A stretch of 28,765 nucleotides of DNA, from NCBI GenBank assembly GCA_028282585.1, contig JANQHR010000076.1:1-28765 (forward strand), read 5' to 3'. This DNA is from Bacteroidales bacterium. GTDB taxonomy: Bacteria > Bacteroidota > Bacteroidia > Bacteroidales > UBA12077. Made by a program: the position numbers and the translations under genes. Within the stretch, counting starts at the first letter, position 1; each line of letters begins with the position of its first letter. The notes under the pieces are model-generated. The model did not search any database. It had not been told where the DNA came from and worked only from the letters and a program-made list of their open reading frames with translations. Positions 16,902 through 24,886 of the stretch are shown here, piece by piece.

Positions 16902-17543
16902 CTAAGCTTCAAAAATATATTTGTGGTTACAACAATCGTAACCCTGCATTAAAGTTTTATCTCTTTCCATTCTAATTTTTGGATTAAATCCCTTTGGCCA
17001 TGAATAATCGCCATAACAAACTGCAGCAAAACCAATTTCATTAGCATTATGCTTTTGAAAAGTTTTAGCCCAAATACATTCAGTTACTTTTAATTCAAAT
17101 ACATGGTCAGATTCCTGGACCACCTCTTTCGTTAAAGTTTTATCGTAATATTCGCTTTTAAATTGGGCCGTATATGTTTTTAAAGAATTATCTTTTGTAT
17201 TTTTTGCCTGGTTCTGCCCATGTTCAAACATCCGTTCTTCTGTCCTTTTTTTTAGAAATTTTATCAAGTTTTCTTTACCCATTTCTTTTTCCAAATCCTT
17301 GGCTAATCGAATAAATTCTCCATATCTAATATTAAAAAAATCCAGATATGAAAATTCACCGGGAAAGGTATTTTCAAATTTATGTTTACCCGTTGTCTGT
17401 GGTTCTTGATCTAAAATGCTTATTGAATCTTCCTTCATAGCATATAGGGCTTTCATTCCAAGGCATGGTAGCGCACAAGACGCAATTAATCCACCAAGAA
17501 ATTTTCTGCGTTGCATTTTTTTTGTTAAATCATTTTCGCTCAT
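16902..17543 (-). CDS. L-2-amino-thiazoline-4-carboxylate (ATC) hydrolase-family protein with twin-arginine signal
   Basis: 'VTECIWA...GFAAVCYGDY...ERDKTLMQGYDCCNHKY' Cys pattern of the ATC_hydrolase family. N-terminus has QRRKFLGGL, a hydrophobic stretch and LYA. Confidence 0.8.
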   Translation of the reverse strand: MSENDLTKKMQRRKFLGGLIASCALPCLGMKALYAMKEDSISILDQEPQTTGKHKFENTFPGEFSYLDFFNIRYGEFIRLAKDLEKEMGKENLIKFLKKRTEERMFEHGQNQAKNTKDNSLKTYTAQFKSEYYDKTLTKEVVQESDHVFELKVTECIWAKTFQKHNANEIGFAAVCYGDYSWPKGFNPKIRMERDKTLMQGYDCCNHKYIFEA

Positions 17544-17664
17544 TTCTCTGATATTTAAGTTATTCAGCTAATTTAATGGATATTACATTAAGAATGAATT
17601 TAAATCTGGTATGTTCTTTCAACTTTTTGTTTAATTTATTGTTAATATCAATAAACTAAAAATT

Positions 17665-18375
17665 ATGAAAACAATATATCACAGTGCAGATTCAAGGGGG
17701 CATGCAGATCATGGATGGTTAAATGCTTACCATTCTTTTAGTTTTGCAAATTACTATAATCCGGAAAGAATTCATTTTGGTGCGTTACGCGTTTTAAACG
17801 ATGACACTGTTGCTCCTGGAGAAGGATTCGGAACGCATCCCCATGATAATATGGAAATTATTACCATTCCGTTAAGCGGCGATTTAGAACATAAAGATAG
17901 TATAGGGAATTCTGGTGTTGTTCGAAAAGGAGAGATTCAGGTTATGAGTGCTGGAACAGGAATACAACATAGTGAATTTAATCATAATACAAACAAAGAA
18001 TTAAAGCTTCTCCAAATTTGGGTCTTTCCCAACAAACGTAATGTTGAACCTCGTTACGACCAAATTGCACTACCTAAAAAAGAAAATGAATTGATCCAAA
18101 TAGTTTCGCCAAATAAAAATGATGATGGTACTTGGATTCATCAGAATGCGTGGTTTCATCTTGGAAATTTAAAGAAGGGGTGGGAAGGAAAATACGAACT
18201 GAAAGGTAATAACCATGGAGTTTATGCGTTTGTAATTAATGGAACAGTAAAAATTGAAAATAAAGATCTGGAAAAACGAGATGCTTACGGAATATCTGAA
18301 TCTGATAAATTTAATATTACTGTATCTGAAGATTCAACCTTACTGTTAATAGAGGTACCAATGCAAATAAATTAA
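17665..18375 (+). CDS. Pirin-family protein (YhhW-like)
   Basis: 'RGHADHGWL..HSFSFA.YY.P', 'FGALRVLNDD', 'GFGTHPHDNMEII', 'HKDS.GN', 'QVMSAGTGIQHSE' and 'LLQIW'. Confidence 0.95.
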   Translation: MKTIYHSADSRGHADHGWLNAYHSFSFANYYNPERIHFGALRVLNDDTVAPGEGFGTHPHDNMEIITIPLSGDLEHKDSIGNSGVVRKGEIQVMSAGTGIQHSEFNHNTNKELKLLQIWVFPNKRNVEPRYDQIALPKKENELIQIVSPNKNDDGTWIHQNAWFHLGNLKKGWEGKYELKGNNHGVYAFVINGTVKIENKDLEKRDAYGISESDKFNITVSEDSTLLLIEVPMQIN

Positions 18376-18379
18376 AGTT

Positions 18380-18802
18380 ATGGATAAAGTAAAAGAATAC
18401 TCCAACGGAGAAGTAACTATTGTTTGGAAACCTAAACTATGCATTCACTCAACAATTTGCGTAACAGGTTTACCTGAAGTTTTCGATAATACCAAACGCC
18501 CCTGGATCAACGCAAAGGGAGCAAGTACAGATGAAATTATCTCACAAGTTAAGAAATGTCCATCAGGTGCTTTGTCATATTATTTAAATAATGAAAAGAA
18601 AAAAGGAGAACAAACTATGGAAAATGTAAAAGTTGATTTAATGGAAAATGGCCCGATCATTGTAAATGGAAAAATCCAATTAAAAAATAGCAAAGGTGAA
18701 ACCGTACCTACAGACGAAACAGTAGCTTTATGCCGATGTGGTGATTCAACTAATAAGCCATTCTGCGACGGAGCACATAACACAAATGGATTTCAGGGAT
18801 AA
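18380..18802 (+). CDS. Divergent 4Fe-4S (Fer4_19/YjdI-like) domain fused to CDGSH 2Fe-2S domain
   Basis: 'CIHSTICV.GLPEVF...RPWI...CPSGAL' followed by 'NGP...LCRCGDSTNKPFCDGAH'. Confidence 0.9.
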   Translation: MDKVKEYSNGEVTIVWKPKLCIHSTICVTGLPEVFDNTKRPWINAKGASTDEIISQVKKCPSGALSYYLNNEKKKGEQTMENVKVDLMENGPIIVNGKIQLKNSKGETVPTDETVALCRCGDSTNKPFCDGAHNTNGFQG

Positions 18803-18907
18803 TTTCTTTACGAAATAAAAGTTTCATACATACTAATCGAGCTTCTATTCTTTTAATTTGACTCTCATCAATTTATAGTTTAAATTAGTGTTCTTAACTT
18901 GATTATT

Positions 18908-20452
18908 ATGCACCGACAACCCCACATTCTCATTGTTGATGATGATGGATTTATTCGCGATTCGGTAGAAAGAATCGCGAAGCAGTTAGGATATAAATCT
19001 ACAACTGCCACCAACGGTAAACAAGCTTTAAATCTTGTAAAAGAACACATTTACGACCTTATTATTTCTGATTTATACATGCCTGAAATGGATGGCCATG
19101 AATTAATTCAGAATATAAAAACCATGCCTGAATACAAAAGTATTCCGTTTTTATTTTTATCAGGATCTAACGAACGTAGTACCTGGATAAAAAACTTAAA
19201 TGCCGGAGCAGATGATTTCATTACAAAACCGTTCGATAAAAAAATACTTGCGTTAAAACTTCGTAGTTACATAAAAAAGCATTTTTTACGCAAGGAGTTG
19301 CTTAAAAGCAATATGGAATATAACATTAACCTTAGCGAAGGAACCGTTTTATTTTGTACTTCAAAAGATAGTGATTACGAATTAAGCTCAGAGATGTTAT
19401 ATGCCAATGTTAAAAACATTTATAATAGCAAGGAGTTATTTGAGGTTATAGATAGTTTAAAAATCTGGGTTGTTTTAATCGATTCAAATGCTAAAGATGA
19501 ATACGATATTGGAAAAATAAAAATATCATCTAATCTTGAATTTTCAATCGTACTGATAGCAAATAACTATGATGAAATAGAGAATATGATATATAGCGGA
19601 ATTGGTAATTTTATTTCTAAATCGCTTCCGGAAAAGTTATTTTATCACCAGTTAAATGCTTTAATATCAAGAGAAATAGAACTTAAAAATAAATACATAA
19701 ATGCTATAAAATTAGCTGCAAATAATTCTCCGATACGATTTGAACGAAAAACAGAACAAGTTTTTAGCGATCATAAAGTTTCGGTTATTCATGAACCATA
19801 TGAATACGTTCCGGGAGGTGATTTTTATGAAATTTTTGCTAATAAAGAAAATAATTTGAGGATTATCGTAATTGGAGATGTGATGGGTAAAAAATGGGGT
19901 GCCTGGTTTTTTGTTAATGCTTACCTGGCTTATATTCGAAGTACCATCCATTTCTTAGTGGGTAATCCCTCATCAAATAAATTAACCGCATCTGGTATTA
20001 TTGAACACTTAAATAAACAAATATCTCATGACTTGCAGATTGCCGAAGTATTTACAACATTTTCTGTTATTATCATTAATAAAAACCATGAAATTAGTAT
20101 AGCAGCGGCAGGTGCTATGCAACCTGTAATGTATAAATCAGAAAATAAAAAAATCAGTAAGTTAAATATTACAGGAATGCTGCTCGGAATATCGGAAGAT
20201 TCAAAATATCATCAATTGGAGCTGGAACTGCAAAAAAATGATAAAATCCTGTTCTTCTCAGATGGGTATTCTGAAACTTTAAACTCTGAAACCAATGAAA
20301 TGTTATCTGCTGATGCAGTTGCCAAAGTTTTAGAAAATTTAGGGAGTTATGAAGAATTAGATATCTCTCTACTGGAAAAAACAATTATTAAAGACAATAA
20401 AATAAAATCTTTTGACGATGATCGTACTTTATTGCTTATCAATAGATTGTAG
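18908..20452 (+). CDS. Response regulator with PP2C/SpoIIE phosphatase output (RsbU-like)
   Basis: REC domain (ILIVDDD, ISDLYMPEMDG, GADDFITKPF), a degenerate second REC-like region, and PP2C motifs GGDFY, IGDVMGK, FSDGYSE, DDRTL. ATG 18908 preferred over TTG 18899. Confidence 0.9.
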   Translation: MHRQPHILIVDDDGFIRDSVERIAKQLGYKSTTATNGKQALNLVKEHIYDLIISDLYMPEMDGHELIQNIKTMPEYKSIPFLFLSGSNERSTWIKNLNAGADDFITKPFDKKILALKLRSYIKKHFLRKELLKSNMEYNINLSEGTVLFCTSKDSDYELSSEMLYANVKNIYNSKELFEVIDSLKIWVVLIDSNAKDEYDIGKIKISSNLEFSIVLIANNYDEIENMIYSGIGNFISKSLPEKLFYHQLNALISREIELKNKYINAIKLAANNSPIRFERKTEQVFSDHKVSVIHEPYEYVPGGDFYEIFANKENNLRIIVIGDVMGKKWGAWFFVNAYLAYIRSTIHFLVGNPSSNKLTASGIIEHLNKQISHDLQIAEVFTTFSVIIINKNHEISIAAAGAMQPVMYKSENKKISKLNITGMLLGISEDSKYHQLELELQKNDKILFFSDGYSETLNSETNEMLSADAVAKVLENLGSYEELDISLLEKTIIKDNKIKSFDDDRTLLLINRL

Positions 20453-20839
20453 CTTGTATTTTCCAATAAATTTAAGAATAAAGTACCCTAAGACACTTCC
20501 CGCTATATAGTATGGAAAATCATTCCATGCAAAAGAATTACCTATAATTGTTTGCCCAATAAAATTGGATCTAATAACTTCTAAAAATTCATTATTAAGT
20601 AACTGAACAAACTCTAAAATACATGTTACAATAAACACCCACAAAGCTATCCCGAATGGTTTTGACTTCGGCAAAAGAATAAAAAATATCAAACACCAAA
20701 ATATTTCGTAAAACACTCCGCCTAATTTATTATTAATCCATTCATGACTTATTCCTGAATATATTTTTGAATAAAATCCAACCGGAACCAAAATAATCAA
20801 AATTAGCAGGGCAATTAAAATATGTTTATGTATTTTCAT
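20429..20839 (-). CDS. DUF2809-family membrane protein
   Basis: 'GG.FY', 'TCILEFVQL...IRSNFIGQTIIGNSFAWNDFPYYIAG'. It overlaps the phosphatase 3' end by 24 bp. Confidence 0.85.
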   Translation of the reverse strand: MKIHKHILIALLILIILVPVGFYSKIYSGISHEWINNKLGGVFYEIFWCLIFFILLPKSKPFGIALWVFIVTCILEFVQLLNNEFLEVIRSNFIGQTIIGNSFAWNDFPYYIAGSVLGYFILKFIGKYKLQSIDKQ

Positions 20840-20997
20840 GAAAACGTATTATTTAGAAAATAAATCAGCAAAAATTAAAATTACAACATTTAAGTTTAAC
20901 AATTATTTATCCCGTAAAATCTTTACATTTAATCTTCTTTTTTGTAACTTGATTTTCTATATCTTACAGATTTATTAGCCATTAAACAATTCATTTT

Positions 20998-22023
20998 ATG
21001 AAAAAATTAATACTTACTTCGGTTTTGGTTGGATGTCTGGGCTTCGCATCACTGGCTCAATTTCTAATGAAGAATAATACTCATATGCTTCGTTCTGGTG
21101 ACGAGCACTACTTTAACATAACTAATAATGTTGCTCCAGGAGCAAAAGGACCTTCGGTTGTTTGGGATTTTCGAAATTTAGAAACCAAATCAACGTTAAC
21201 AAGTTACATGTATAGTGCGTATTCAACTGAGAAAACTGCTGAACTTCCCGAAGCGAATACAGTATTAGAAGAATACGGAACCAGATTCTTTTTTAAAGCA
21301 TCGAATGGAATAATAGAACAGTATGGAACAGTTACAAAAAATAATACTTTAACCAAATATGATGTTCCTTTTGTTAAAATGGTTTTCCCTTTTAATTATG
21401 GAGATTCCTATTCAGGTAATTTTTCCGGAACTATTTATGGTAAAAATAATTATGAAGCACAATTTACAGGGACTTATTTGTTAGAAGCAGATGCTTATGG
21501 AACAATAATTTTACCGGATAATATTACATATGATAATGTATTTAGGATCAAAACAGTAAAAGAACAGTGTTATAATGGAAAAGATGCTTGCAACTGCGTA
21601 AGCATTTCATATAAGTGGTACGCAGAAGATGTTCGGTATCCTTTGTTAACTATCATTCAAAGTCAAAACTCTAAAGGTATAAAAACAATCAGAACAGCTT
21701 ATTATTCCAAAGGTGAAAATAAAATTGATAATGACTCACCTACAAAACTAACGGCTCAAAACGTTGAAGTTAATATCTATCCAAACCCTTTTATGGATGA
21801 ATTTAAGTTAGATTATACTATCACTACTGATACAGATGTCAATATTGAGATTTATGATAACTCTGGAAGAAAATTAAACTCAATTCAAAAATTAAATCAA
21901 AAAGCCGGATACTATACTGAGATCATTTGTAACGAAGACGTTAAAAATCAGTTCGGGATGTTTCACATTAGGGTTATTGCAGGAAATGAAGTAGTTTCTA
22001 AAACCGTAATTAGAGGAGAATAA
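20998..22023 (+). CDS. Secreted protein with T9SS type A C-terminal sorting domain
   Basis: Signal peptide; 'PGAKGPSVVWDF', 'FPFNYGDSY', 'ADAYGTIILP', 'YKWY...RYPLL'; CTD 'IYPNPF...IEIYDNSGR...G.F.IRV...SKTVIR'. Confidence 0.88.
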   Translation: MKKLILTSVLVGCLGFASLAQFLMKNNTHMLRSGDEHYFNITNNVAPGAKGPSVVWDFRNLETKSTLTSYMYSAYSTEKTAELPEANTVLEEYGTRFFFKASNGIIEQYGTVTKNNTLTKYDVPFVKMVFPFNYGDSYSGNFSGTIYGKNNYEAQFTGTYLLEADAYGTIILPDNITYDNVFRIKTVKEQCYNGKDACNCVSISYKWYAEDVRYPLLTIIQSQNSKGIKTIRTAYYSKGENKIDNDSPTKLTAQNVEVNIYPNPFMDEFKLDYTITTDTDVNIEIYDNSGRKLNSIQKLNQKAGYYTEIICNEDVKNQFGMFHIRVIAGNEVVSKTVIRGE

Positions 22024-22035
22024 ATATCCTTTTTA

Positions 22036-22120
22036 GTCATTGCAAATTCTGACGATAAGTCAGGATGATTCAATCTATTCGTTTTAAATTGAGATTGTTT
22101 CGTTTCTTTCTCGCAATAAC
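22036..22120. repeat. Degenerate GTCATTGCGAG...CTCGCAATGAC-type palindromic (REP-like) element
   Basis: GTCATTGCAAA...[CTGAC-gataa-GTCAG]...CAATCT...AGATTG-TTTCG...CTCGCAATAAC gives nested inverted repeats between two convergent genes. Confidence 0.65.
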
Positions 22121-22130
22121 TCTTAACTTA

Positions 22131-23468
22131 TTATAAATTTATTCCTTTGATATCTTTATATAAATCAACTGCGTAAAGGTCAGTCATTCCAGATATAAAG
22201 TCTACGACGGACATAGCTTTTTTATAAAAACTATGCTCTTCGACACTAAATTGTGAAGGAAGAATTGAAAGTATTTTTTGAGAATAATCGCTGTCAGGGC
22301 TCAAAATTGCAGTAATGAACTCATCTAATAATGTTCCCAAAACATTAAATCCTGTTAGCTCAATTTTAACAACGGATCTATGATTATATATTTGGCGAAT
22401 AGCTAACTTTTTACAAACTCCAAATGCCTCTTCGCTTTTTCCTGTCAAACCTTTAATTAAACTTTGATTATATTCGCCTGATAATATTTTATCATAATTG
22501 CTAATAAAAACCTGAGCGGTTTCTTTGATCAGTTTTCCAATTACCGAAGCACGTAAATACGCAACTTGTTCATTTAAATCGGTAACCTCCTCAAAAACAA
22601 TATCTTTAGTTTCAAAAAATGCTTTATCCGCAACCGGATCAAAAAAGTTTAGTAAAAGTTCAAAAGTTATTGGTGTATCTAAAATCTTAAGCTTGTGAGC
22701 ATCCTCAATATCCATTATTTCGTAACAAATATCATCTGCTGCTTCAACTATAAATACCAATGGATGACGGGCAAAACATTCAGGTTTATCACTCAGCTTT
22801 TTTAGTCCTAATTCATTAGCAATTTTTAAGAATGTTTCTTTTTCAGACTGAAAATAACCAAATTTCTTTTTGCCTTTTTGCATAGCATCCGAACCATACG
22901 GATATTTTATCATAGTTGCTAAAGTACTATAAGTAAGTGCAAAACCTCCCCTTCTTCTACCATTAAACCGATGTGTTAAAAGTCTGAGCGCATTAGCATT
23001 CCCTTCAAAATTTGTAAGGTCATTCCATTCTTCCTCAGTAACAACATTTTTTATCTTATTCCCATTTCCTTCTGAAAAATATTTTGATATTGCTTCTTCT
23101 CCTGCATGACCAAATGGTGGGTTACCCATGTCATGAGCTAAACAAGCCGCTGAAACAATAGATCCTAATTCATTTAGAATCTCCTTATTTTTGATTTCGC
23201 CTTCTTTTTGTAAAAATTGAGCTACAATATTAGCCAAGGACCTTCCAACACTAGCTACCTCAAGACTATGTGTTAGCCTGTTATGGACAAAAACGCTTCC
23301 GGGCAATGGAAATACCTGTGTTTTGTTTTGTAATCGGCGAAAAGGTGATGAGAAAATAATTCGATCATAATCCCGTTGAAATTGTGATCGTATTTCATCG
23401 GTATTTTTTATTTCTCTATTTTCTAGTCCAAGCCTCTTTGCAGAAAGTAATTTATCCCAATTCATCAT
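22131..23468 (-). CDS. dgt: Deoxyguanosinetriphosphate triphosphohydrolase (dGTPase, HD family)
   Basis: 'FQRDYDRIIFSSPFRRLQNKTQVFP', 'HNRLTHSLEV', 'AHDMGNPPFGHAGE', 'FEGNA', 'EAADDICY..MDIED' and 'DFISGMTDLYA'. Confidence 0.96.
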   Translation of the reverse strand: MMNWDKLLSAKRLGLENREIKNTDEIRSQFQRDYDRIIFSSPFRRLQNKTQVFPLPGSVFVHNRLTHSLEVASVGRSLANIVAQFLQKEGEIKNKEILNELGSIVSAACLAHDMGNPPFGHAGEEAISKYFSEGNGNKIKNVVTEEEWNDLTNFEGNANALRLLTHRFNGRRRGGFALTYSTLATMIKYPYGSDAMQKGKKKFGYFQSEKETFLKIANELGLKKLSDKPECFARHPLVFIVEAADDICYEIMDIEDAHKLKILDTPITFELLLNFFDPVADKAFFETKDIVFEEVTDLNEQVAYLRASVIGKLIKETAQVFISNYDKILSGEYNQSLIKGLTGKSEEAFGVCKKLAIRQIYNHRSVVKIELTGFNVLGTLLDEFITAILSPDSDYSQKILSILPSQFSVEEHSFYKKAMSVVDFISGMTDLYAVDLYKDIKGINL

Positions 23469-23525
23469 TTTAATATCAATATTTTGCTTTGGAAAAGTAA
23501 TAATTAAAAAACAATATAACTAATA

Positions 23526-24614
23526 CTAAAAAGTCAATCCTAGCAAAACATGAAAACTATCTGCAGCATCGCCATGAGCCTTTAAGGTTACACCTCCTAA
23601 TATTTGATCCGTAAATTTATACGTAAGCGTATATCTTTGATAAAATGCGCTGGGTTTACTTGATGCATAAATGTAAGTTCCCCAATACTGCGAGAAATCA
23701 AACTTTCCAAATAATAAATGATGTCCAATCAGTCCGGAAAATTTGTTATGATTCTGTTCCTGACCAGCTCTTCTTATTTCTTCCTTTACTGCACCATCGT
23801 TTAAGTATTCTACTCCAATGCTAAATCCATTTGTTACACTAATTGTTCTTCCAACCAATCCATATAAACCATATACGTAGGTTGTTTTTTCGGTATAATT
23901 TATATCTCCTTCCACTTTCTTAAACATCCCGAAAGCATATAAATTATAAAACATTTTCGGTTTAAAACCCTCCTTGATTTGTTCTGGAAATTCAGGTTTT
24001 CCTTTGGGATAGTAAACTAATCCTAAACCGAACATTGGAAAGTTCATTCCATAATTGGGTTGCTTTACACCACCGTTAGATATATGATTGTATTTAGCAT
24101 AAGACATTAAAGTATATTGCTCATTTAATCTAAAGTATACGTTCAAATCAATATAAATTATATAGCTTAAGGTTGCAGAAAAAAACGTATTTTCAGGATT
24201 TGTATTTTCGTCATATATATTATCTAATAAACTAATTCCAACGCCCATTCTTGTCGAAAATAAAAACCAACTTTTTCTAATTAAATACGGTTCTGCAAAT
24301 GCACTTATATTATATGAACTCCCTACAATATCAGGGTTATCATAATTTACATATAAAAATGAAAGTCCTGTTTTTGAATAGCAATTACATTGCCGCCAAT
24401 TTCTCTCTTTAAGCATGTTCCATGCATATTCCAACTCTATACCATACGGATTTGTATATGTTAAATGATCAACCTTGTTAGAATGAGGAATAATAAAGCC
24501 ATATTGAGGCTTAAACGCAAGCGCAATAGGATTTTTTTGTTCATCTTGTCCTTTTAATGTGAAACCACATGTAATAATTAATATTACGAATATTGCTCTA
24601 ATCATATATTTCAA
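23526..24614 (-). CDS. Acyloxyacyl hydrolase / PagL-like lipid A deacylase outer-membrane protein
   Basis: Signal peptide, 'GFIIPH', 'YDENTNPEN', catalytic-type 'HISNGGVKQPNYGMN' and a C-terminal 'LKAH...A...LGLTF' beta-signal. Start is TTG 24614 or ATG 24605. Confidence 0.8.
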   Translation of the reverse strand: MKYMIRAIFVILIITCGFTLKGQDEQKNPIALAFKPQYGFIIPHSNKVDHLTYTNPYGIELEYAWNMLKERNWRQCNCYSKTGLSFLYVNYDNPDIVGSSYNISAFAEPYLIRKSWFLFSTRMGVGISLLDNIYDENTNPENTFFSATLSYIIYIDLNVYFRLNEQYTLMSYAKYNHISNGGVKQPNYGMNFPMFGLGLVYYPKGKPEFPEQIKEGFKPKMFYNLYAFGMFKKVEGDINYTEKTTYVYGLYGLVGRTISVTNGFSIGVEYLNDGAVKEEIRRAGQEQNHNKFSGLIGHHLLFGKFDFSQYWGTYIYASSKPSAFYQRYTLTYKFTDQILGGVTLKAHGDAADSFHVLLGLTF

Positions 24615-24886
24615 TTATAACCGTAAATTAGTTAATCTCCCAGGAATTTAATACAGTTAACATTTATTTAAATTTTAATTAACTATGTCTTAAAGCATTT
24701 GTGCTTGCATATATCTGTTTATCTGTTTTTTATGCAATTTCAACGAAAGTTATTAACAACTAAGAAAAAATATTTTGACTAAAATATTGAAAAAATGATT
24801 ACAAACCCTTTAACCGTAATTTTATAGTTCCATTATTTTTACTTTATTTGCAACTTTATTTTTATAGTGGTGGAGGTAAGGAGCTT

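Noticed and set aside
2254-20839. Integron-like cassette array of small accessory genes
   Set aside because: No integrase, no recurring attC-type sites between genes, and mixed orientations.
22131-23468. dGTPase as an anti-phage nucleotide-depletion system
   Set aside because: It resembles the ordinary Bacteroidota dgt and has no defence genes beside it. A phylogeny against defensive dGTPases would be needed to claim otherwise.
24750-24758. TTATTAACA as a DnaA-box or origin signal
   Set aside because: A single imperfect copy in AT-rich DNA, with no box cluster.
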